64,000 nt of DNA from Candidatus Poribacteria bacterium (GCA_965198235.1 OZ240248.1:2560001-2624000), one strand, 5' to 3'. Numbered from the stretch's first letter, positions 9,810 through 20,348 are shown. Numbers and translations: made by a program. Notes: generated by a model not told the origin, from the sequence alone.

Positions 9810-10679
9810 ATGGAAAAACAGATAGACAAAAATCAGCAACCGTGGCTTGGGGCATTATTGCCACCGGATACATGCGAATTTCCCACCCGAAACGCCGACG
9901 GTTTAGTTATTCCTGAGTTGACTCCGCAACAGCGCTACGCGTTCGATACTCACGGTTGGTTTCTGGTACCGGAGGTGTTTACCGGATCAGAACTCAAAGA
10001 GATGCGCGATTTCGGCTACCGCCTACACCACGACCCGGAATCTATTCCAGAGCATGAACGGAGCCCCGTCGGCGGTCCGCTGCAGAAACTCATCGATCAT
10101 CCCCTTGTTGTTTCACTGCTCAACGAATTCACGGCGCATCCGGCTGTAACACGTCCAGAGTGCTACGGTTTTGCCGTTGAGAGTGCAAGTCTTTTTTATC
10201 GGACTCTCGGCATGGGACGATTTGGACCGCACAACGGCAACGGTTTACTCCGTTTTCCGGGTGATGTCCACTACTACAACGCATTTCCCGGCAAAGGTTA
10301 CAGTCCACACACCCGTATTGTATGGGAATTGAACGAGGTGAAGAAAGGACAGGGGGGTACACTTTTAGTAACCGGTAGTCACAAATCGGTTTACACAGCA
10401 CCGCCTGATATCCAAAACCCTGATTCCGATATTTGGACGACTTACGGCTGTCCAGGGGGCTCACTGCTCTTTTTCACAGAAGCACTCACCCACAGCGCAA
10501 CGGAGTGGACAAATACCGAAAATGACAGGATTGCCGTTTTTAATCTTTATAGTCCTGTCGATAGTGGTTTCGCGAAGGTTTACGAGCCGCATCCAAAACT
10601 CCTCGCTGAAATGCCGTCGCTTCGGCGAACGCTGTTCCGTAATCGTTACGTGGTGGACACTGTTAACGGCACGTTGTAG
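9810..10679 (+). CDS. Phytanoyl-CoA dioxygenase (PhyH) family protein, HxG variant
   Basis: FDTHGWFLVP, PHNG, GGTLLVTGSHK, FTEALTHS, distal Arg. Confidence 0.88.
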   Translation: MEKQIDKNQQPWLGALLPPDTCEFPTRNADGLVIPELTPQQRYAFDTHGWFLVPEVFTGSELKEMRDFGYRLHHDPESIPEHERSPVGGPLQKLIDHPLVVSLLNEFTAHPAVTRPECYGFAVESASLFYRTLGMGRFGPHNGNGLLRFPGDVHYYNAFPGKGYSPHTRIVWELNEVKKGQGGTLLVTGSHKSVYTAPPDIQNPDSDIWTTYGCPGGSLLFFTEALTHSATEWTNTENDRIAVFNLYSPVDSGFAKVYEPHPKLLAEMPSLRRTLFRNRYVVDTVNGTL

Positions 10680-10698
10680 CAATGCAAAGGAAAAACCA

Positions 10699-11019
10699 AT
10701 GCCTGATAACAACAACTTTAATGAGCTCCTCATCCACACCTTAAAACAGATTCACGTCCGCTTGGATCGATTAGATGTGAAGCTTGACGAGAAAGCCGAT
10801 AGGGCAGATGTTAAAGCCCTATCGGCGAAGCTTGACGAGAAAGCGGATAAGGCAGATGTTAAAGCTGTTGAACAACGCCTCGGCGGTGTCGAAAATCGTC
10901 TTGACAGCGTCGAAAGCCGCCTTGATCGGATTGAAAGCGGGATTGGAACGCTCAAATGGGTAATTGGCGTTGGGTTAACCGCCATGAGTGTTCTCATTGC
11001 ACTTTTAAAAATATTTTGA
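10699..11019 (+). CDS. Small coiled-coil protein with C-terminal TM anchor (DUF1640/XhlA-like)
   Basis: Duplicated KLDEKAD(R/K)ADVKA, heptads RLDSVES/RLDRIES, then LKWVIGVGLTAMSVLIALL. Confidence 0.75.
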   Translation: MPDNNNFNELLIHTLKQIHVRLDRLDVKLDEKADRADVKALSAKLDEKADKADVKAVEQRLGGVENRLDSVESRLDRIESGIGTLKWVIGVGLTAMSVLIALLKIF

Positions 11020-11055
11020 TGCATGCTTTCTGATAGAAATTACAAGGAAACAGCC

Positions 11056-12435
11056 ATGCCCACAACACAACCTAATGTCCTCTGGATTTACGGTGAAGAT
11101 CTCTCGCCAGACCTCGGCTGTTACGGCACGCCTGCGGTTGCAACACCAAATATTGATCGGCTTGCATCGGAAGGCACCCGTTATACCAATACTTTCGTCA
11201 CATGTCCAGTCTGCTCGCCAAGCCGATCCGCACTGATTACAGGCACCTATCAGACACACTTTGATGCGCACAACCATCGCAGCAATCGTGATAAGCCGTT
11301 ACGGGCGGATATGAGACTTATCACCGATTGCTTCCGGGAAGCAGGCTATTTTACTTGCAACAGCCCAGGACCACCCTACGATCGTCCCGGAAAAACCGAT
11401 TTCAACTTTCAGCGGGAACAACCCTTTGATGGCATCGACTGGAGCGAACGCGCTGAAGGACAACCCTTTTACGCGCAAATCAACATCCCTGATACACATC
11501 GCGTCTTCAAGCCGGATCCAGAACGTCCTATTTCCACTGAAGATGTCGAATTGCCACCTTACTATCCCGACCATCCGCTTGTCCGAAAGGATTGGGCACT
11601 CTACCTTGAGAGCATTCAGATTTTAGATAGAAAGGTCGGACAGATTCTCAAACGATTGGATGATGAAGGGCTTTCGGACAACACTATCATCTTCTTTATG
11701 AGCGATCACGGACGGGCACATATCCGTTGCAAGCAGTTCCTCTATGATGGCGGCATCCATATTCCGCTCATCGTCCGATGGCACCGACACGTTGAACCTA
11801 ACACCGTCGATAACAAACTCATCAGCGGTGTTGATTTCGCACCGACAACGTTATCCCTCGCTGGTATTGACATCCCTGACTATATGCAAGGGCAAGTTTT
11901 CCTCGGAACAGGGGCAACATCGCGCGACGCGATCTTCGCGGCGAGGGATCGGTGTGACGGAACTGATGACAGAATCCGGTGCATACGGACACACCGCTAT
12001 AAACTCATTCGCAATTATCACCCTGAGCGTCCCTATATGCAATTCAACGGCTACAAGAAACAGCAGTATCCACTCTGGACCTTGATGCCACTGTTATCCG
12101 CAAACGGCGAATTATCCCCTGCGCAACAGCATTTCATGAAGCAGACACGTCCGCCTGAAGAGTTGTATGATCTGCAGGCAGATCCGTATGAAATTAACAA
12201 CCTCGCCACCGATCCACGTTTTGATACTGTGCGAAGCGAACTCGCCGCGCAGCTCGACAATTGGATAGCAGAGACCACGGACATGGGGGACACACCTGAA
12301 TCCTCAGAGGTCACCACTTATTGGGACGAGAATATGGCGGAAAGATTCAAGCAGGACATGGAAAAACGAGGGCTTTCGCACGATATAAGCGATGTGGATT
12401 ATGTCGCATGGTGGGAAAACCACCTGTTAGTGTAA
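11056..12435 (+). CDS. Sulfatase (formylglycine type)
   Basis: PNVLWI, TPNIDRLA, CSPSR motif, SDHG, EELYDLQADPYE. Confidence 0.95.
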   Translation: MPTTQPNVLWIYGEDLSPDLGCYGTPAVATPNIDRLASEGTRYTNTFVTCPVCSPSRSALITGTYQTHFDAHNHRSNRDKPLRADMRLITDCFREAGYFTCNSPGPPYDRPGKTDFNFQREQPFDGIDWSERAEGQPFYAQINIPDTHRVFKPDPERPISTEDVELPPYYPDHPLVRKDWALYLESIQILDRKVGQILKRLDDEGLSDNTIIFFMSDHGRAHIRCKQFLYDGGIHIPLIVRWHRHVEPNTVDNKLISGVDFAPTTLSLAGIDIPDYMQGQVFLGTGATSRDAIFAARDRCDGTDDRIRCIRTHRYKLIRNYHPERPYMQFNGYKKQQYPLWTLMPLLSANGELSPAQQHFMKQTRPPEELYDLQADPYEINNLATDPRFDTVRSELAAQLDNWIAETTDMGDTPESSEVTTYWDENMAERFKQDMEKRGLSHDISDVDYVAWWENHLLV

Positions 12436-12459
12436 GGGTATACGACACGGAGGTTCCCA

Positions 12460-13695
12460 ATGAACGATATTCTCTATGGACACGGCGACGGGTTTCTCAC
12501 ACAGGATGGACGACGGCTCTTTCCAATCGGGTTTTATGAACACCCTGCTGAAGATGACGCACTCAGAGATATGGCAGAAGCAGGTGTCAATCTCATTCGA
12601 TGTGGTAACACAGATTCACTCGACCGCGCGCAGGCACACGGAATGATGGGATGGGTGCCGCTATCTCTTCAATCCGGTGCGACACCCGAATTTCAGGAGC
12701 ATGTCCGCACCCTTGCAGAGCATCCTGCTCTTGCTGTGTGGGAAGGTCCAGATGAGGTGGTGTGGAACTTCACCGCATATAGCGGTCTCTGGCGACAAGA
12801 TCAGTTGGCAGTGTTCCCGAATAAGGGCGAGTGGTGGATGCAGACCCCGCTCGCTATCCAATATTCTGAGGAACGGGCAGCAGAGATTATGCCCAATATG
12901 CGTAAGGCTGTTGAATTCATCCGCAGTATTGATCCGCAGAATCGGCAGGTTTGGATAAATGAAGCGCGCGATAGCGATCTGAAATTTGTCCGACAGTACA
13001 TTGACTTCGTGGACATCACTGGATGTGACGATTATCCGATTCGGGCGGATGGCCGTCCCGCTATCCGCCTCGCTGATTCCACAGACCGGTGGAGACAGGT
13101 CGGCAAAGACAGACCTGTCTGGATGGTGCTTCAGGGGTTTACTTGGAATGACTTGGACGATGAGCACGGCGATGTTGCTGCTTTTCCAACCTTTGACGAA
13201 TCACGTCTGATGGCGTATGTTTGCATTACGCATGGAGCGAGAGGCATTTTGTATTGGGGTTCCAATTATATCAAGTCCGAGGGGAAAGAGGCTTTTCGGA
13301 AATCGCTTTACGCCTTAACGAGCGAACTCGCCGCACTTCAACCCTTTCTCACAGCACCGATCGAGCGATATGTCACAGTGCAAGTGATTGATGACGGACG
13401 CACCGATGTACCTATCCCCGCTTCGATGCGCGGTGTGAGTATCACGGCTCGTAGGATCGGACGTGACTGGCTCATTGTCCTCGTCAATGAAGATGAACAT
13501 GCCTACATGGGAGTTGAAGTGACTGGACTGCGTGCCCTCAACGGCACCGAGTTTGTGGAACTCTACGGAGACGAGAAAACCGCTGTGTCTGATGGGTCGT
13601 TCGTGACACGAATGCGTCCCTTTGAGGTCAAGCTCTTTGCAACACACCGAAAATGGGAGACTACACAACGGGAGGGCAGAGAATTTGCAGAATAA
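12460..13695 (+). CDS. Putative glycoside hydrolase-like TIM-barrel protein
   Basis: FPIGFY, WEGPDE, DITGCDDYP, PVWMVLQGF, HGARGILYW pattern typical of clan GH-A-like hypothetical proteins. Confidence 0.6.
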   Translation: MNDILYGHGDGFLTQDGRRLFPIGFYEHPAEDDALRDMAEAGVNLIRCGNTDSLDRAQAHGMMGWVPLSLQSGATPEFQEHVRTLAEHPALAVWEGPDEVVWNFTAYSGLWRQDQLAVFPNKGEWWMQTPLAIQYSEERAAEIMPNMRKAVEFIRSIDPQNRQVWINEARDSDLKFVRQYIDFVDITGCDDYPIRADGRPAIRLADSTDRWRQVGKDRPVWMVLQGFTWNDLDDEHGDVAAFPTFDESRLMAYVCITHGARGILYWGSNYIKSEGKEAFRKSLYALTSELAALQPFLTAPIERYVTVQVIDDGRTDVPIPASMRGVSITARRIGRDWLIVLVNEDEHAYMGVEVTGLRALNGTEFVELYGDEKTAVSDGSFVTRMRPFEVKLFATHRKWETTQREGREFAE

Positions 13696-14494
13696 TACAA
13701 GTGAACGTTTTGGTTTTGATGCCCCAAAAAATAAACCAATCGAAGAATCGATCCAATGGGCGGCGGAAAATGGGTTTGGATATATCGACTTCCAAGCCGA
13801 TGTTCCTCCAAATGACATAGCCTCCTTTGACCCGGCGCGTGTTCGCAGGGTCCGAGATCTCTGTGAAACACACGAAATCGCCATCGGTATTCACCCTTCG
13901 TCGGCGATCAACAATGCCGAGTACGTGCCGCTCATGTCTGAGGCGGTCAATGACTATCTCTTTGCGAATTTAGAGCTTGCGCAACGGCTCGGATGTGGCT
14001 GGCTCATCGGACATGGCGGCTATCATTTTGGAGATGTCGCGCAACGTCGTGATGCGGCGATTGAGCGTATCCAGCGATTGGTCGCGCGGGCGGAACAGGC
14101 AGAGATCGTTATCTTTTTTGAGAACCACAACCGGGAACCCGAGCACGCCGAAATCCATTACATCCCTCATAATGTTGAAGAGACACACTGGTTTTTCGAT
14201 GCTCTGCGTTCTCCATATCTCAAGTGGGCGTTTAATGTGGCGCATGGACATCTGGTTCCAGAGGGGTGGGAAGGTTTTTTGGATGCTTTCGGTGTAGAGA
14301 ACATCGGTCAGGTCCGACTCAACGACAATACCGGTGAGTATGAAATCCATCTCATCCCCGGCGAAGGGACGATTGATTTTGCGGATCTATTTGGGCAATT
14401 AAATAGGCGCGGTTATGATGGCTGGTTTAGTCTCGGATTCGGTGGTGATGCGGATAAGGTGCGCGTCCGAGATGAATTCGCGGAGTACTTGTGA
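13685..14494 (+). CDS. Sugar phosphate isomerase/epimerase (xylose isomerase-like TIM barrel)
   Basis: FFENH, NVAHGH, EIHLIPGEGTIDF. Start uncertain (TTG 13685 proposed). Confidence 0.85.
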   Translation: MQNNTSERFGFDAPKNKPIEESIQWAAENGFGYIDFQADVPPNDIASFDPARVRRVRDLCETHEIAIGIHPSSAINNAEYVPLMSEAVNDYLFANLELAQRLGCGWLIGHGGYHFGDVAQRRDAAIERIQRLVARAEQAEIVIFFENHNREPEHAEIHYIPHNVEETHWFFDALRSPYLKWAFNVAHGHLVPEGWEGFLDAFGVENIGQVRLNDNTGEYEIHLIPGEGTIDFADLFGQLNRRGYDGWFSLGFGGDADKVRVRDEFAEYL

Positions 14495-14533
14495 GAGCGG
14501 TCTCCTGATCGCGCCTCTGTCTTGTGCGATGGC

Positions 14534-15259
14534 TTAGTGGTTCCCCCGCAAGCGGTCCAGTTCGGCGCGCAGGTGTGCAGCTTCCGCCTCCGCCGCCTCT
14601 GCGCGGGCTTCTGCCTGTTGGCGTGCGATAATCTCCTGGTCTGCAAGGGCCTCTGCTGCTTCCTCCGGGGTCTGAAGCCACTGACTTGTAGCAGGATCAT
14701 AAAACTGTAAGGCATCGGGTTGTAGGTGTAACGCTAAACCGAGCACCGCGGAATGAATACCCCCGTCTGTCTCCTGGGGAACCGGTTGATACCTGCCATC
14801 TACTAAAGTCCACCCCATCAGCGGGGCAGGTAAATATAAACCCTCTATATCACACAAGAAATAGTCAGTAATCCCTAAGCCCGCGTAAATCTGCATCTTC
14901 TCCCCTAAGTCCTTTTGGTAGGTGCTTTCACTCGCCAACTCCATCACGAAATCAGGCGGCTTTCCCTCCTGCCAGACGAGATACGTCCGACGCGCCTTCT
15001 GACCTATCCCAAAAGAGACCAGCACATCCGGGGACACAACTTTCCGCGGATCCCCCTGCACATAGTACATCAGCAGATCCCCAGAGACATACACCTCTGG
15101 GTTATCTTTAAAAAACGCTTCAAGCACCCGGAGGATCCGCATCAGAACACGTCTATGATCATCACTCGCTGCCATGGGTTGACCATCCGTTTCTGGATAA
15201 AGACTGCTTTCTTGGGTCAGGGCATAACCGAGGTGACCACCCTTTTCGGACATCGCCAT
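14534..15259 (-). CDS. Uma2-family (PD-(D/E)XK) endonuclease
   Basis: YPETDGQPMA, VSPDVLV, PDFVMELASEST, C-terminal AEARAEAAEAE coil; AAGGAG before ATG 15259. Confidence 0.92.
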   Translation of the reverse strand: MAMSEKGGHLGYALTQESSLYPETDGQPMAASDDHRRVLMRILRVLEAFFKDNPEVYVSGDLLMYYVQGDPRKVVSPDVLVSFGIGQKARRTYLVWQEGKPPDFVMELASESTYQKDLGEKMQIYAGLGITDYFLCDIEGLYLPAPLMGWTLVDGRYQPVPQETDGGIHSAVLGLALHLQPDALQFYDPATSQWLQTPEEAAEALADQEIIARQQAEARAEAAEAEAAHLRAELDRLRGNH

Positions 15260-15563
15260 GCCTGTTCTCCTTGTTGAATGCCTTGTTGGGGATAGGTGTT
15301 CTGCTCTTTTATCTAACCTTCCGAGACTAAAACCCAATGCTTTAGCTTTTGGATACAGTCTGTCCCTTGTGAATTAGACCAGGGGTCTCTGTTAAAAAAA
15401 GACTTGCGGAAAGCACCCCACACAGTGACTGTGTCGGGTGACTTTCCGTGACTTTCAGCTTGAAATGTAGTATAATTAAAGTATCAAGTTGGCAGACATT
15501 CATAGCGTTACCGCAAGGTTACGTGTCTGCCTACCCACTATGAAGGGGTTAAAGACTTGATAC

Positions 15564-16803
15564 TTGATATACCCAATGCGGAACACAAATCACAAACTTT
15601 TTCATGAGAAGACGTTGCGTCACTTGCACGACGAGTTGAATATCTGTGGCGTTGTCAAGAATCACTTCCTTGCGCTGTCTATGCGATATTACCGCAGGTA
15701 TGGTAAAGACCTTTCGTATTCCAAAATGTCTAAGCACTTGACGAAACTCAAGAGGCTTCCGAAATATGCGTATTGGAATATCCCCTACTCGTGGGCGTTA
15801 CAAAATGTGCTGAAGCGTCTGGAAACCCAGAGTTTCAAAGAAATAAAAACGCTCGGTCGTGGACACCCGAAATTTAAGTCCTGTCAGAAACACAAAGGCA
15901 TGACCTTCAGAGGTGAACAGGTCAAAATAGAGAAAGTGTTAGACGCTCAAAAACACGAGAGGAACCACCCGACGTATAAAATCCGACTCAACGGACGTTG
16001 GTATCGGTTCGCGCTGCACCGTGAAATCAAGGGCATCATCGTTGAAGTTCACGTAACGAGGGACGCACTCGGAGATATGTATATTACGCTGACAGAAGAC
16101 TATACCGAAATTAAAATTGAACCCAAGACGGGTCAAGCTGAAGGGTTTGATTTTGGTATCAAAGACTTCTTGACTGGCAGTGAGGGTCATAGATATACGT
16201 CTCCGATGTTCTACAAACACAACGCTGAAACGTTGGCAACTGCACAAAAGGCGTATTCTCGTAAGGTCAAAGGTTCTCATAATCAAGAACGAGAACGTAA
16301 GAACGTTGCACGTATCCATAAGAAAACGGCGAACCAGAGAGCAGACCATCATTGGAAACTCGCGATAGACCTGTGCCGTTCTTTTGATATATTGTTCTTT
16401 GAAGTGTTTTTGCTTGGGTGTTTCGCTTTCGGGTATGAAACGCTTGTGGGGAAAACAAGTCTCCGACCTCGCCTTTGGTGAGTTTCTCCGAAAGCTTAAA
16501 CACCAAAGCCATAAGCGTATCCGCTCTGTGCTGAAAATCAATCGGTGGTCGCCGACCACAAAGTGCTGTTGTGTGTGTGGACATAAAAATCAAAGCCTCA
16601 CGCTATCAGATCGTCACTGGACGTGTCCAAAGTGTGAGACACACCTCGACCGCGACGAGAACGCTGCTATGAACATTCTTAAGGAAGGGGTAGCTTCCTT
16701 TGGGTTAGGAGTCATAAGACCTATTGTTTTGTTTAGCAAGATCGTAGGCACCTCTGTTGAATCGAACCATCCGATTCTGAATTCCACAAATGCTTCTGCT
16801 TAA
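15564..16803 (+). pseudogene. tnpB: TnpB RNA-guided endonuclease (IS200/IS605 family), frameshifted at ~16404-16431
   Basis: GFDFGIK (RuvC-I), FFE (RuvC-II), CCVC..CPKC zinc finger, DRDENAAMNIL (RuvC-III), split over ORFs 15564-16481 and 16384-16803. Confidence 0.92.
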
Positions 16804-16843
16804 TGATTGCAGAAGCCCAAGTCTTTAGACTTGGGTCTATCAC
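16690..16843 (+). ncRNA. Probable omegaRNA scaffold / IS200-IS605 right end
   Basis: GAAGCCCAAGTCTTTAGACTTGGG hairpin followed by TCAC (16840-16843), the usual right-end layout. 5' boundary approximate. Confidence 0.65.
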
Positions 16844-16996
16844 GAGTGTATGGAAACCTAAATTTGGGTTTTCCAAGACTGTTCCTAATTTTATCACAAA
16901 TTCGTCCCAGATGTCAGCCAATTCTTTGTGTCTTTCCAGTCAAGAATTCTCTTATCCTGGAAATCCTTGAATCTTGAAAATCCTGATTCAGACAAC

Positions 16997-18943
16997 CTAA
17001 CGATAAAATGAATACACCGAAATCCCCCAGATAAGCCGGATCAACACCCAAGTACCACCTACAATGAATTGACCGAGGATGAGTCCCAAAAAGAGCGGTA
17101 ACACGCGGTGATAAAGCCGAATTCCACCAAACCGTAAGATAAGATTTTTGATCGCCCAACTAATCAACACGGAAAACCAAAGCCAGCCGAAGGTCCACAT
17201 ACTACTCGCGACTGCGTAGCCGGTAGGATGAAACGGAAACATCGGAAACCGAGTGCGCATCCACCACAGCAATCCTGTAAATAGAAATCCGACACCCATA
17301 AACGTCACCGCAGGGATGTTCGTTTCTGTTGGATAGTACAGCCATGAGCGGAGCGTATGATAACCCCCGCTTCCCAACCCAGGGTTCGCACCTATCTTGT
17401 AGGAAACCACCAGATATGCCCAAAACGAAGCGAGAATCCCGAAAAAAACACCGCACATCAGTGCCACTACCATTCGTCCTGCGCGCATATTCGCTACTTC
17501 CACCAGTTTAAAACCTTCCAATGTGTGAGGCATCGGATGAGCGCGGTATCCACGATTAAACGCGAAATAGAGCGACATCATCGTTAAACTCGGTGGCGGA
17601 ATCATGCGCGAACCGAGCGAATCTATGATAAATTGTCGGGGGTTTGCTACAAACATCTCATGTGTCGGCGGTCCAACCTCAGCACGAACGCGTGTGATTC
17701 CCAACGCGAGAAGATAGTAGACAGCGAAATACAACGCTATCATCCAGATTGCCATCCCTCCACGGTGTGAAAAGATGAAAAGAAAGAGAACACCACCGAT
17801 TAACCCTGCCAGTGGCCATCGATAGTCCGTTGAATCTTGCATCTCAGGTGGAAGGTTCGGGTCTTTTTGACCCATCAGGTTTCTGAACATCGCGTAAAAA
17901 TGCTTGCGCCCACCATAGAGTCCAAAGCAGGCGATAGCCAGATACGCGCCTACGCCTTGCGGTCCGTCGTAGGGGAAACCGGGCAAAACTTGAAGCCCCA
18001 TCGCCCGCCCCAAAATGCGTTCCCCTTTCCAAAACAGGTAGAAAAACCAGAGCGAAAACGACATCTCCAACGGCATTAAAAAAGCGAGCCCTACACCGAA
18101 TGAGAGGATATAAACAGGAGTCCAGCCCATTGCGTCCCACGGTTTTTCGGTGAAATAGATGCCGAGATCTGCCTTACGAACCGGTATCTCTGGAAATGTT
18201 GGAAAGAAGGCATGGATACCGTTAATTAGGTCGATACTTCCCGCAATCGCGAAGCCTGTCCACAACATCCCGTTTTTAAAGAGCCGTCCATCTGAGTGGG
18301 TCATTTCTATCGGCAGGCGGACGATCGGATAGCTGAGCCGCTCCCGTTCAATCCACTGCTTCCGGAGGAGCAGGTCGATGCAAATCATCACCCAAATCAG
18401 GACAGATAGAAAGATAGTCCACCATAAAATCGGTTTCCACCATGCTACCAGATACCTTTGTGTATAAAAGGTTGTGTCGCCATCGTAGAAATCTTGCAAG
18501 ACGGATAAATCACTGAGTGTCATCCAATTCGGTAGATGCCGCCAGAAGAGTTGTTGCCATTCATTTTCGGGTGTTGCAAACCAAAAACCGTTCGGAATGA
18601 CAGGCACGACGGTCTGCATCATATCATGCCCCGCGATCGCCGATGAGATAGAGAGGATAACGTAGATAGTGAGCAGTTCTCCCTGTCGGAACGCGAAACG
18701 GGGCAACAGCAATTTGAGCAAGAAATTGAGGCACGTTAACACCACCAATGTTACCACGACGTTGTAAATCAGCGACATCGTTGTTGGTAAGGTACTCCAG
18801 TAACGGAGATGGTTCGCCATGATAAAATAAGTGTTTGGCGGTATGAGTATGATGCCGATCAAAATCGCGCGGAAGGTAACACCAGGGTGTGCAGGTTGCG
18901 GTGTTTCTTGAAGGTTTGGTGAATATTGTGATGTATGCGCCAT
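16997..18943 (-). CDS. Polytopic membrane protein (DUF6785/DUF6784-like, putative transporter)
   Basis: 648 aa, many TM segments, RKQWIERERLSYP, RVRAEVG, PFHPTGY motifs. Confidence 0.75.
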   Translation of the reverse strand: MAHTSQYSPNLQETPQPAHPGVTFRAILIGIILIPPNTYFIMANHLRYWSTLPTTMSLIYNVVVTLVVLTCLNFLLKLLLPRFAFRQGELLTIYVILSISSAIAGHDMMQTVVPVIPNGFWFATPENEWQQLFWRHLPNWMTLSDLSVLQDFYDGDTTFYTQRYLVAWWKPILWWTIFLSVLIWVMICIDLLLRKQWIERERLSYPIVRLPIEMTHSDGRLFKNGMLWTGFAIAGSIDLINGIHAFFPTFPEIPVRKADLGIYFTEKPWDAMGWTPVYILSFGVGLAFLMPLEMSFSLWFFYLFWKGERILGRAMGLQVLPGFPYDGPQGVGAYLAIACFGLYGGRKHFYAMFRNLMGQKDPNLPPEMQDSTDYRWPLAGLIGGVLFLFIFSHRGGMAIWMIALYFAVYYLLALGITRVRAEVGPPTHEMFVANPRQFIIDSLGSRMIPPPSLTMMSLYFAFNRGYRAHPMPHTLEGFKLVEVANMRAGRMVVALMCGVFFGILASFWAYLVVSYKIGANPGLGSGGYHTLRSWLYYPTETNIPAVTFMGVGFLFTGLLWWMRTRFPMFPFHPTGYAVASSMWTFGWLWFSVLISWAIKNLILRFGGIRLYHRVLPLFLGLILGQFIVGGTWVLIRLIWGISVYSFYR

Positions 18944-19233
18944 AAAAATGCTTTATAGGATCGTAAGTTATAGTAAAGCCCGAAAATATGTAGACAGTTG
19001 TTCAGTGAACGAACCCACCACCACCGCTGGCGAGGGTGTTTTTGATAGGGTGTTTCCCCTAGTATCCTCGCCTCCTCGTAATGTCCAAGTAATTGTGGAT
19101 TTTACTATAAAATCGAAGAGAAAAGAGGTACTACTGGAGGATTTACGGCGGGACATGCCTGCCGGAACTGGTTACATATTATCACATTTTCAGGTGAAAA
19201 TCAACCTTTCTGTCGATAAGAGGCACATCCGGT

Positions 19234-19992
19234 TCAGAAACGCATCTGTTTAAGTAGGATAGGGAAAAATAACAAAGATAGTGTGCAAAACAGTCCGATG
19301 TTCCATACCCACAAGTGCGTTGAATCCGCGTTGAGAATTGACAATAGGGCACACAGTGGACTCGTCGCTGCGAACATCGGGCTTACGTTAAATGGCGAAA
19401 CTGGAACCAGTGGAAGAAAAGTGGTAAGTAGCACAAGCCCGTAACTTATACTCTTGGCACGAATCGGAGGATTCCAGAACGCGAAACCGATGCCGATGAG
19501 CGCGTAGAAAATACAACTCACCAGTAGCACCGCGCCGCATCTCACTACTTGTGCTATTGCCAAACCGCCTATGTAGTTTGAGAGTGCCAACAGTGGAATT
19601 GTTAGCCAAATACCCCACAGAGCCCATACCACAATTGCACTGAGTTTACCTGCCAAAATTTTCCAATTTGTCAATGGCGTTAACGCGAGAAGTGCCCCGT
19701 TCTGTCCATACCCTTGTGGACACGCTTGATAAGACCTTCGAGTCCCTTCCGTATGCCACGCCTCAATCGCATGCCGTGGCACCCAAAATTGCCCAATGAA
19801 AAGGGCGATAATAAAAAGCGTATACGTTTGTTTCCCGACATCAATAGGTTTTCCCGTCCGGCTGTCAGCGTAGAATTCAACTGTTGCTATGAACAGGAGC
19901 AACGTGAGTGCACATATCATCAGAAACTGGATACGTCGATATTTGGTAGAATTACAATAGCAATGGAGTTCTTTGAAGATGATGGCTAACAT
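19234..19992 (-). CDS. ABC-2 permease-like membrane protein
   Basis: MLAIIFKEL..., LLALTPLTNWKILAGKL, about 6 TM segments. Confidence 0.65.
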   Translation of the reverse strand: MLAIIFKELHCYCNSTKYRRIQFLMICALTLLLFIATVEFYADSRTGKPIDVGKQTYTLFIIALFIGQFWVPRHAIEAWHTEGTRRSYQACPQGYGQNGALLALTPLTNWKILAGKLSAIVVWALWGIWLTIPLLALSNYIGGLAIAQVVRCGAVLLVSCIFYALIGIGFAFWNPPIRAKSISYGLVLLTTFLPLVPVSPFNVSPMFAATSPLCALLSILNADSTHLWVWNIGLFCTLSLLFFPILLKQMRF

Positions 19993-20002
19993 AATATCTT
20001 CT

Positions 20003-20155
20003 TAGGACTTACGCACTTCACTTCCGTTTCCGCGCTGGCGAGGTTTCCGAACCTCGCCTACCGATACCCTTCCGTTTCCGAACCTCGCCTATCGCTTGTC
20101 GACTGTTATTACAATCCCGCAAATCCTAAAATCCCGCAAATCCTGATTCTGATAA
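20003..20155. repeat. Cluster of short repeats (IS701-type end, REP hairpin, AATCC repeats)
   Basis: TAGGACTTACGCA, GGCGAGGTTTCCGAACCTCGCC plus a partial duplicate, and AATCCCGCAAATCCT x2 (similar to 16951-16994). Confidence 0.7.
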
Positions 20156-20348
20156 AGTGTTTTTTATTGACACGTTTCTACATAACTGTTATCTTCATTA
20201 CAAGCGAAACACACGAGACACCATATACTACAACAAGTAAAATAACGGTTAGCAGTCCAGGCTTGAACAAAAAATTTACGACGCGTAAATAAGTATTCTT
20301 GACGAAATGCTGACAGCCGATGGCTGATAGCCAATAAAGGAGGCTTCC

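Noticed and set aside
16384-16481. Programmed ribosomal frameshift in tnpB
   Set aside because: The break replaces conserved residues right after the RuvC-II Glu with a foreign repeat module, so it is better explained as inactivation.
18948-19253. ORF 18948-19253 (+)
   Set aside because: It runs through a REP and the promoter region of the minus-strand membrane gene and has no protein-like features.
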